Assembly (NCBI GenBank): GCA_032718475.1
Contig: JAUCBJ010005626.1
Location: forward strand, 1 to 64,000
Source of the DNA: Nemertoderma westbladi
Lineage: Eukaryota; Animalia; Xenacoelomorpha
Direction: 5' to 3'
DNA: 64,000 nucleotides
Position 1 is the first letter of the stretch, and every line of letters begins with the position of its first letter. The notes under the pieces are model-generated. The model was not told the origin of the DNA, ran no database searches, and saw only the letters and a list, made by a program, of their open reading frames with translations. A program made the translations under genes and the position numbers. This document shows, in pieces, positions 56,701 through 64,000 of this stretch.

Positions 56701-59700
56701 CGGAACGGGAACCAACAGCTATTTTAGTAGTAGACTCAATGAATCATTATTCATTTCACCAATTATAATAGGAGGCTTGTACGTACATTGGTTGCTTCCG
56801 ATGTTTTTATTAGGCTAACTGAGAATGTATTAGGTATAAATAATTAGTGGCTCGCCCCACACCAAATGATGTGGAGTATTCCTCCCCAATAAACGGCTTT
56901 AGTTTATAGCTGAATTAAATACCGTAAGGCCTAATTAATTAATACTTAGATGATATTTAAGATTGCAGGATGTACCTTACGGTTGAATAAGGTAAAAAAC
57001 AAGCATTAAGGCAGTAATGCATGGCCTACTTTTCACTTTTTAAAAATTCACCTTTCAACTTTTTCGATTTCCTAAACAAAATTGTGATTTTCTAAATTTT
57101 TTTCTGACCGTTTAGAATCTTTTCACAGTGAATATTATTTAAAAAAACCATGCCTGGGGCACATGCCTCACTGGCCTCATTGTAAATCTGGGCGTGGAAA
57201 TACTGCTGGAAATGCATTTTATTTATCAATCCTCCTCATCATGAATATAATTAATTGTAGTGTCAAAAGACGCGCAAAGACTCTCCGCTTTCAATTGATA
57301 TAAGCCACGTCTGAAATGATTGAGATTTAATAAGTATTTTAATGAATCTAAAATCACCCCGCATAGAAAAACCAATATAAGAAATTATCAGAGACACTGC
57401 GTAGTGACGTCAAATATGTAGCAGCCAATCACAGCCGATTTTCAAAATTGGCCTCCCGCGCTTACTTAAACCCATTTTCTACTGTATATTACTATATACA
57501 AATCTAATTTAAAAAGTAGATTCAATTAAATAGCCAGCACTTTTGGACCTTCACACTTACTACAGTACAGCTTTAAGTGACGTTGTTACTGGGAAGCATA
57601 GCACGATAAATAATAATGTCTCTTTCAAAATCCTGATGTACCTGCTTGACTTGAAAAAATGCCTCCAATGTTTGAATAAATCTGAGATCCTTATCATACC
57701 TCAGTTTACAAGATAAATATACAACGGTTTCCAAAGAGGACATTGCTTTGAGAGTATCTAACAAATCATTAAATGTATCTTCAATATAAATAATATCTGC
57801 GCCCAAGATAACATCATATTGAACGATGTTATTATCCAGTTTTTTTCCCCAAACTAATAAATCAGCTGAAAGACTTCCGTGTGTAATAGGAATATCATTG
57901 TTTAACCGGATATTTTCTTGTATCAGCGGTATTGCTAAACTGCGATCAGTTGCCGTGACCCGTGCAGCAAACCGAGAGGCAACAATGGCCACCATACCGG
58001 TACCAGATCCCAGCTCCAACACACTCTTTCCTCCTACAATCGAAGGGTGGTCAATGATATAGGCTGCTAGCACGATTGCGGCATCCCACACAACCCCGGC
58101 CACTCCCAAAGACTGCCACTCCTGTTTAATGCTCACCGATAAATCTTTTTTCATTTTAATATTTCGGATAGGTTTATGGAATAGGGACATTTCGTCGAAT
58201 TCTTTATAAACAATAACCGCTTGAGACTCCATTGTATCGTGGCAACTACCAGTAGTAGTAACGGTACCGGTACAAAAAATATTTACAGCATTGGAAAACG
58301 ATATCATAAACAAAATATCTGTCAAATATATATGGCAATCCATTAAGTAGGCCTACCGTAGTAGAAACTAGAAGGAAAGTAGGTACACGCGTACACCGAC
58401 CCACGGCCGACTACTATTCTTTCTGTAATCCTAGGCCTACTACTGTACTACTACAGTACAGCAGAACTAATCTGCTAATCTCTGAATCTGCTAAAAGTAT
58501 AACATGGTGCACATAACAGTAGGCCTATAATAGCAGGACAGGGTAGAGATAGGCCTACAATCTCCGCAATATGTCTGCTCTGCACTGATGCATGCAGGCA
58601 TCTGTATGTAGAGGCTAGTATAATAGCAAGATAGGGCGCCATTCATGCCTAAAGTCAATGAGTTTCTCTGTGGGAGTTCTCAGAGATTTTCTGGCCGCGT
58701 TAGCATTCACCTTTGAACAGCGCCGCATAGTGAAATAGTACATTTACAGAGTTGCGATTTACATTAATTGAAACGCCAAATTCATACAACGATTTACACA
58801 ATCTGTTTCAGACAACTACTGTATATGCAAACATGGTGGTCTTCCATAGCAGCTTCACCTAAGGGTAATCTCTATTCCAAACACCAATTCAAGAAAGAAA
58901 AATGTATTATTGCTCTAGCAGACAAACCTAATGCACGGAAGGCATTTTCCCGCTTCCGCTGTGGCTCTCACGATTTAAGAATTGAATCAGGGAGGTGGTA
59001 TAATGAACCTCGGGAAGAAAGATTGTGTGTTTTATGTGGCACAAATGAGATTGAAGACGAGATGCACTTCTTATTAAAATGCAATTGTTTTCATGACCTT
59101 CGAATTCAATTTATAAATAGTAGATACCACCAGAGACCAACACTGGCCAAATTTAGTGAATTAATGCAAGGCCTATCTCAGCGCGATTTAATTATTAAAA
59201 ATCTAGCATTGTTTGTCTTTTTGGCGATGAAAAGACGACATACGTTTTTCAGTCAGTGCGTTATAAAAACGCATGGAAAAGCCCACAATAATTGGTATAG
59301 GCGAAAGAATGGAATTGAAAATTTGAAAATATTAAAAATAAATTTATATAATTTGATGTTGGTCAGTATTATAATTAAATAATTCGTAATTTATTAATAA
59401 TATATGCTACTCGTCCCGTTTATGTGCAATTTCAAAATGTATATTTGCATGGTATATATCTACAGTATTTCTTAAGAAAGTTAGTTTAAATAGTTATACA
59501 TTTTGTATACTACCGGTAATGGGTCAATGGGTGTGTTCTTATAACCGTTCTTCTTATAAAATATGTCAATATCGTAAACATGTGCTTGTACAATTTTATA
59601 TATAAATATATTTTTTTTGGCGCTGGGCTCTGCTAACTTTATTTAACTAACTGAATTATTATGTAGAGTAATATTATACGTGAGTGGTGGTGGTAGTAAA

Positions 59701-61886
59701 ACTACTAGAGACAGGTCAATTAATTGGTTATGTAACGTTACCGTACCGTAAATTTTGTTACTGTCAACAATAGCCAAATGTAGCTTGTTGGTAAATTAAA
59801 TAATAATTATAATAATTAATAATAACAGATTTACAGAGATCGTTTGTGCCGGAACTAAAGGAAAACTCGGTCCGAGTTCGAAATAGGAGTAGTTTCAAGT
59901 ACGAGTTCTCAGTTCGAGTTGGTAAACATTGCAAAAATTTTAAATTCACGGAAGTTTAATAAAGACTCTACGACAGAGAGAGTAAGGAGAGTACACCCTC
60001 TGTAAAAATGTAAAAATTTTTATTGCTTCTAGAGCCAAATTTAATGGGGATTTCAAATCTGAAAACCCCTTAGAGAGATCTCTTTTAGTTCTCGTGTTAT
60101 CGTGAAATATCTGTCTTCTGTCCGCCATTTCTTAACTATTTGAATATTAATATTGCTGCCCTGCCCCTGCCCATCACTCGCACCTCATACAGTAAGTAGT
60201 ACCATTATTTTGCAGGATATTAAAATGGTCGGTACAAGGAGGGGTACTGCTGTTGTCATATACCCTATTCCGGATGGTACTTCGATCTAAGATGTATCAT
60301 TCATATAGGAAACAGTACTGGCGTCTATTGGCCAATCCGGGGCCGGACATAGTTGTATGTGATGAAGGTCACATAATGAGGTTGGTAATCTTTTACGGTA
60401 ATATACACCATGTCCCAGAACATACACCATGTCCCAGAATATACACCATGTCCCAGAATATACACCATGTCCCAGAATATACACCATGTCCCAGAACATA
60501 CTGTAGTGTCGTAATTCAGGGACACCCCCCCCCCCCCCCCCCCTAATTTTTCTACAAATCTTAATGAGATTGCATGAAATTTGAAACAGAGATAGTTTTA
60601 CCTCCCGACCCGGCCACTGACTGGGTGAGCCAGAATTTTTGTTTTTGCTTTCGATCTTTAGCTACAAGCGTTTAAAAAAGTGTATATGGCGATATTACAC
60701 CAATCCCACCGCATTTGGTATTCTACCTAATACTGTACAATAGCTGTTTGTTGGTACGAATAGAAAGCTGTCCATGCAAGGATACCAAATATGTAACACA
60801 ATTTGAATTTCGTTGAAAAATAGCTGAGATATGAGTGTTCAAATGTGGCATAGTAATGCACCTTCGCGAGGCTATTTCATTCTATTCAATAAATACTCAA
60901 TATTCTGGAACATTTTTTTGAATGTAAGAATAGGCTACGTACGAGCTTTGTTGCTCAGCTATGAATTTGGATAAACAAAATATTCCAGAATAATATAATG
61001 CATTTATTAAATAGAATAAAATAGCCTTGCGCAGTCACTGAATCAGTCTGGAGTCAATGTCACTGAATTACGACACTATATTCTGGGACATGGTGTATGG
61101 TTGGATAACTACTTATAATAAAATAATGTAATAAATTTAATAATAAAATAAAATACAATATATTGCCTTCATTTCCGTGGTTACGTGTTCAACAGAGGTA
61201 ACAAAGATGGGAGCGCTTTCGAGTGCCTCAGATGTTTCGTATTTAACATAGTAAATGTTTTAATATATAATATAATTATAGTGCAATATGCAATATAATA
61301 ACGCTCTTCATGGCATAATTAAGCAATTTTGTGCTTCTCTATTCGCTATATAGTTTAATTATTAACTGCTTTGGCATTGTATAGCACTTTATTGCATTCT
61401 GATGTAATTTCACGAGCCTAACGAGCAAGGATAATAATAGAACGAGGATGGGAATGCAATAAAGTAGCCATAACTATTGATAATGCAATATACTGTATGT
61501 AATTTTAATTGCATTCATTTTCGTTTATTTTCTATCAATAAACTTGCTTCCAACTAGAATCTAACAGTAAATTGAACAGTAATTAACAGTTGTAGGGTAT
61601 ACTGTACATCTTTTTATACTTAACAATGTGATGTGTTTTACATTTTGTCTTTTGACTTTGACTTTTACTCTTTAGTGTGAACGCGACATTGTTATTATTT
61701 TAAAAATTCTAGAACATGTTTATTTATTCTAGATATTTTTCAAAAGAAAATATTATTCTAATTTCTGATTTACACTTTCGATTCTCAGGAACGAAAAAAG
61801 TGCTATAACCAAAGCTCTTAACACGATAAAGACAAGAAGACGGCTTGTGCTAACTGGAACGCCATTGCAGAACAATTTGGGAGAAT
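29675..61886 (+). CDS. ATRX: Multi-exon ATRX/XNP-like SNF2-family chromatin-remodelling ATPase gene, 3' incomplete (coding exons 29675-29708, 30542-32277, 39045-39204, 40051-40131, 43180-43433, 47111-47292, 60216-60380, 61789-61886)
   Basis: All junctions are GT-AG and phases chain without stops (1,0,1,1,0,2,2,1). The spliced peptide contains RKDIRRIIDENLKTETNNAGKEE, LKPHQIDGVEFMWDC, Walker A GCILAHCMGLGKTLQ, motif Ia VPYNTVMNWKQEF, Walker B GPDIVVCDEGH and motif III LTGTPLQNNL. These closely match ATRX as I recall it (AHCMGLGKTLQ, PGPD-VVCDEGH); RAD54L2/ARIP4 is the main alternative. Confidence 0.88.
30542..32277 (+). CDS. ATRX: ATRX-like large exon: ~580 aa low-complexity S/P/I-rich N-terminal region
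   Basis: The 615-codon ORF 30484-32331 in AT-rich DNA is trimmed by acceptor tttttgtcattattag|TG and donor AAAG|GTAAGG. It ends in an acidic/basic patch (KRRNYISSSSDEDDIPLK) and joins the next exon in phase 0. Confidence 0.8.
33185..33666. mobile_element. Head-to-tail hAT-like MITE pair with gatccc repeats (complete copy 33259-33666, preceded by a right-end fragment)
   Basis: TAGTGTTTAAATGGGATC ... GATCCCGTTTAAACACTA. A matching right end also occurs at 33234-33251. Confidence 0.7.
34600..38170 (-). mobile_element. Decayed non-LTR retrotransposon ORF2 (APE endonuclease + RT + C-terminal Zn finger), RTEX-like
   Basis: APE: LKLCFYNINS, IVFLSETK, RGGVSVLI. RT: NYRPISLVATLAKI, QSAYQKGRSC, FLDFQGVFDKV, GIRHGSPLS, HADD. 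C-terminus: ITRFHVGSYNL.GRW...C...EGEEHYIFHC. Interrupted around 37230-37700. Confidence 0.85.
39045..39204 (+). CDS. ATRX: ATRX-like exon (pre-helicase RK-IR..L-TET..A-KEE block)
   Basis: Acceptor ttgatttag|ATT, donor TTAG|GTAAGT. Encodes ISKRAPTAFISKSQKRKDIRRIIDENLKTETNNAGKEEVVHLMHLETTRKARL. Not in the ORF track. Confidence 0.85.
40051..40131 (+). CDS. ATRX: ATRX-like 81-nt symmetric (phase 1-1) exon
   Basis: Acceptor ttttgttag|GA, donor GAAG|GTGAGT, open frame GIYHSLGIQRALYSERTKDKENLCPYE. It could be skipped without a frameshift. Confidence 0.7.
40281..42980 (-). mobile_element. Decayed Sola2-like DNA transposon (transposase remnants ~41300-42480)
   Basis: Minus-strand motifs QFDFKMNYSCEYQNKVQS..W...VTLFT, IFWSDGPSSEFKN and HGKGTVDGIG. 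The left terminus is GAGGGACCATTC (GRG start) and tatgtgag is echoed near 42962; the right terminus is eroded. Confidence 0.72.
43180..43433 (+). CDS. ATRX: ATRX-like exon: Q motif and Walker A
   Basis: Acceptor tttttatag|GC, donor CAG|GTTAGT. Encodes ...RVILEWEDASMLPLVEVDSQLVRHLKPHQIDGVEFMWDCL...GCILAHCMGLGKTLQ. Confidence 0.95.
43600..43643 (-). ncRNA. Minimal type I hammerhead ribozyme with intact core
   Basis: Minus strand reads TATTTA-CTGAAGA-C-GTCC-ATGA-GGAT-GAAA-TGGCCA-TA-TAAATA. This gives a 6-bp stem I, CUGANGA core, stem II, GAAA, palindromic stem III and a UA cleavage site. Confidence 0.75.
44905..44948 (+). ncRNA. Hammerhead ribozyme copy with a mutated core (probably inactive)
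   Basis: TATTTA-CTGAACA-C-GTTC-GTGA-GGAT-GAAA-TGGCCA-TA-TAAATA, with G8 changed to C. Confidence 0.68.
47111..47292 (+). CDS. ATRX: ATRX-like exon: helicase motif Ia
   Basis: Acceptor attttaacag|GTG, donor AG|GTAAGT. Encodes VITLLHTVLSNLCGIRLCLCIVPYNTVMNWKQEFTKWL... Confidence 0.93.
49453..49640 (+). mobile_element. Helentron/HINE-like element end; inverted second copy at 54855-55053 and matching short inverted motif at ~56847
   Basis: aatgtggggcgagccacgaagtgagtgagccttagcg...gatgaaatctatccaaacttggtacacatg is near-identical in reverse at 54855-55053. gtggctcgccccac also occurs at ~56847. The family call is by resemblance only. Confidence 0.55.
50108..50390 (+). repeat. Dispersed repeat with an inverted copy at ~55620-55985
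   Basis: acacgttcgtggggccttcgcgcagcacgaggcccag...cataaccgcgacatctaccaccca occurs as a reverse complement at 55775-55985. Confidence 0.85.
50590..51197. mobile_element. Foldback repeat family; arms also at ~11960-12200 and 57205-57480
   Basis: gggtttaagtaagc...ggctgtaatt...tgacgtcacta is mirrored by tagtgaggtca...aattacagcc...gcttacttaaaccc around a centre near 50895. Confidence 0.75.
51430..52426 (-). pseudogene. Probable LINE ORF1 remnant (C4 zinc finger + coiled coil), frameshifted and split by an insertion at ~51680-51985
   Basis: After a frameshift near 52235 the minus strand reads IECSHCQSSW..FLCGVCAAVKIESLEADNTRLQFENSKLERQLASL. Below 51680 it reads as a helical then Pro/Ala-rich stretch. 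Confidence 0.5.
53240..53500. mobile_element. Mutator-like MITE, compact reference copy
   Basis: TIR AGATAGG(G-run)GACTGGACGCAA / TTGCGTCCAGTC(C-run)CCTATCT. tgaaatcaa is repeated on both flanks (9-10-bp TSD). Confidence 0.82.
57573..58232 (-). CDS. METTL21A: Protein-lysine methyltransferase METTL21A-like (HSP70 lysine methyltransferase type), intronless, 219 aa from the likely start MESQAVIVY
   Basis: Intact ORF with FHKP, QEWQSLGVAGVVWDAAIVL, SAM motif VLELGSGTG, TDR, LVWG, ILGADIIY(IEDTF) and CKLRYDKD, colinear with METTL21A as I recall it. The upstream ATG at 58343 adds 37 non-homologous residues. Confidence 0.92.
   Translation of the reverse strand: MESQAVIVYKEFDEMSLFHKPIRNIKMKKDLSVSIKQEWQSLGVAGVVWDAAIVLAAYIIDHPSIVGGKSVLELGSGTGMVAIVASRFAARVTATDRSLAIPLIQENIRLNNDIPITHGSLSADLLVWGKKLDNNIVQYDVILGADIIYIEDTFNDLLDTLKAMSSLETVVYLSCKLRYDKDLRFIQTLEAFFQVKQVHQDFERDIIIYRAMLPSNNVT
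58800..59250 (+). mobile_element. 3' fragment of an RTEX-like LINE ORF2 (C-terminal zinc finger)
   Basis: RKAFSRFRCGSHDLRIESGRW..PREERLCVLCGTNEIEDEMHFLLKC. Confidence 0.82.
60216..60380 (+). CDS. ATRX: ATRX-like exon: Walker B (DEGH)
   Basis: Acceptor attttgcag|G, donor AG|GTTGGT. Encodes ILKWSVQGGVLLLSYTLFR...LANPGPDIVVCDEGHIM. Confidence 0.95.
60406..61095. mobile_element. Tc1/mariner-type MITE whose left terminal 19 bp is tandemly amplified five times
   Basis: TA-CACCATGTCCCAGAA...GTGTCGTAATTCAG is mirrored at 61064-61095 followed by TA. Internal sequence is shared with ~22575-22800. Confidence 0.82.
61789..61886 (+). CDS. ATRX: ATRX-like exon: helicase motif III
   Basis: Acceptor attctcag|G, donor GAAT|GTGAGT. 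Encodes NEKSAITKALNTIKTRRRLVLTGTPLQNNLGE. Not in the ORF track. Confidence 0.95.
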
Positions 61887-62924
61887 GTGAGTTAAGTTAA
61901 TTGTGATTTATTGAAGTGGGTTTGTGAAATGAACTGAACTACGTTGCGGGTTTGATGTGTTGGCTACTATACTGACACTAATACACACAGTGTACAACAC
62001 ATTGAATAAACATATAAATATAACGTATTATTATATCCCATAGATTGTATTGAATTATGCTAGGGTTTGCTACTGTATATGTGTTTCGAGTGCTGAGCAA
62101 ATCAAACGCACAAAAATAGTTCTTAATTTTAGTATAGTTATTAATACTGTATACTGTACCAATACTGTATCAATATGATTACCACGGTGACGAGAGCGCG
62201 ATAATTCCTTCTTAAATTATCAGAAATATACTTTTTCATTTTTATTCATGCAATAATATATAATTACAGGCACGTTATTAATATTCAAGTAAAACTGTAC
62301 AGGTGTAAACTTACAGTATGTTTGGTGATGAAGTTAGTTTTTAAATACATAGATTTGATTTAGCACATCATTGGTAGACTGGAGACTCCGCCACTGACCA
62401 TGATACCACTAAGAGCCCTTGATGTATCATCGACACCACGTAGCTACTTTTGCCACTGCTTATCTGTCTTTGTCTATTGTATGATATAATTCATACAAAG
62501 TCATGGGGCCCCATATTCACTTATTCACATACTGTACATACTTAGATTTGAATTTTTGAATAAAATTATATATAATTTATAAATTAAGGACCGCCATCAA
62601 AATTTATAACAAACCCCACAACCAACATTCAATAATTCAATATAATGATCGTGACATAAAGTACCCAATAACGTCACAAGAACCCTCATTGCGGTTTAAC
62701 CAGCGAGTTTACTACATGTATTACAGCTGGTCTGGCAGAAGCTGTACATCCACAATGTCTCCACAGGGTCGTCACACAATCCCATAGACGCCTTTACTGG
62801 GCAATCTCCATCCGCGTCTGGGTTATTAACGCAGTCAACTAAAAAATAAATCAACTTATAAAATACACAACCCCCACATAATTACATTTAATCACGTTAG
62901 TTCTTCGGTTCAATACGTATATTC

Positions 62925-64000
62925 CCTGCCTTCCCCTTGGTTACCCTTCCTCCCCTGGGTTTCCCTTCCTTCCCCTTGGTTACCCTTGCTCCCCAGGGTT
63001 TCCCTTCCTTCCCCTGGGTTACCCTTCCTCCACTGGGTTTCCCTTCCTTCCCCTTGGTTACCCTCCCTCCCCTGGGTTTCCCTTCCTCCCCTGGGTTTCC
63101 CTTCCTCCCCTGGGTTACCCTTCCTCCCCTGGGTTTACCTTCCTTCCCCTGGGTTTCCTTTCCTCCCCTGGGTTTCCCATCCTCCCCTGGGTTTACCTTC
63201 CTTCCCCTTGGTTACCCTTCCTCTCCTGGGTTTACCTTCCTTCCCCTGGGTTACCCTTCCTCCCCTGGGTTTCCTTTCCTCCCCTGGGTTTCCTTTCCTC
63301 CCCTGGGTTTCCCTTCATCCCCTGGGTTTCCCTTCCTCCCCTGGGTTTCCCTTCCTCCCCTGGGTTTCCCTTCCTCCCCTGGGTTTCCCTTCCTCCCCTG
63401 GGTTTCCTTTCCTCCCCTGGGTTACCCTTCCTCCCCTGGGTTTCCCTTCCTCCCCTGGGATTCCCTTCCTCCCCTGGGTTTCCCTTCCTTCCCCTTGGTT
63501 ACCCTCCCTCCCCTGGGTTTCCCTTCCTCCCCTGGGTTTCCCTTCCTTCCCCTTGGTTACCCTCCCTCCCCTGGGTTTCCCTTCCTCCCCTGGGTTTCCC
63601 TTCCTCCCCTGGGTTACCCTTCCTCCCCTGGGTTTACCTTCCTTCCCCTGGGTTTCCTTTCCTCCCCTGGGTTTCCCATCCTCCCCTGGGTTTACCTTCC
63701 TTCCCCTTGGTTACCCTTCCTCTCCTGGGTTTACCTTCCTTCCCCTGGGTTACCCTTCCTCCCCTGGGTTTCCTTTCCTCCCCTGGGTTTCCTTTCCTCC
63801 CCTGGGTTTCCCTTCATCCCCTGGGTTTCCCTTCCTCCCCTGGGTTTCCCTTCCTCCCCTGGGTTTCCCTTCCTCCCCTGGGTTTCCCTTCCTCCCCTGG
63901 GTTTCCTTTCCTCCCCTGGGTTACCCTTCCTCCCCTGGGTTTCCCTTCCTCCCCTGGGATTCCCTTCCTCCCCTGGGTTTCCCTTCCTTCCCCTTGGTTA
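62925..64000. repeat. 19-20-bp pyrimidine-rich minisatellite (CCCCTGGGTTTCCCTTCCT)n running off the window
   Basis: More than 50 units. Diagnostic variants recur at a 499-bp period (cccat at 63176 and 63675; ggga at 63457 and 63956). Confidence 0.97.

Larger units (their letters stand above)
47982..57196. mobile_element. hAT-type element inflated to 9.2 kb by nested insertions
   Basis: TIR CAGGGCCGGATTTA / TAAATCTGGGCGTG (degenerate). Perfect 8-bp TSD GAAATACT at 47974-47981 and 57197-57204. Confidence 0.75.

Noticed and set aside
58233-58343. Longer N-terminus for METTL21A from the ATG at 58343
   Set aside because: The extra 37 residues show no resemblance to METTL21A and overlap footprint-like words, so the ATG at 58232 fits better.
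61205-61240. Possible third hammerhead (minus strand ctgaggcactcgaaagcgctc)
   Set aside because: The core CUGANGA is incomplete and no stem I pairing is present.
62925-64000. Telomeric repeat
   Set aside because: The unit is a variable 19-20-mer rather than a short telomerase repeat, and it lies within an unfinished gene.

Overview
AT-rich, repeat-dense eukaryotic (metazoan, probably invertebrate) genomic DNA; no prokaryotic features, rRNA, true tRNA or CRISPR seen. Two host genes are supported. (1) A + strand multi-exon ATRX/XNP-type SNF2 helicase gene: 8 coding exons reconstructed from 29675 to 61886 with GT-AG junctions and consistent phases, continuing past the window end and apparently lacking an ADD domain. 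(2) An intact, intronless METTL21A-type lysine methyltransferase ORF (57573-58232, - strand) nested antisense in the 12.9-kb intron of that gene. Most of the rest is layered, nested transposon debris: a decayed Academ element, Sola1- and Sola2-like elements, a BEL/Pao gag-pol fragment, RTE/RTEX-like LINE fragments, a tRNA-derived SINE, and Kolobok-, hAT-, Harbinger-, Tc1-, Mutator- and Merlin-like MITEs with recognisable TIRs/TSDs, plus three minisatellite arrays. The most notable observation is two sequence-unrelated foldback elements (43543-45005 and 10378-11275) whose arms each carry a minimal, Penelope-type hammerhead ribozyme motif pointing outward. In the intronic element the copy on the host mRNA strand has a core mutation while the antisense copy keeps an intact core. 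All family assignments are from motif recognition by eye, not database searches.
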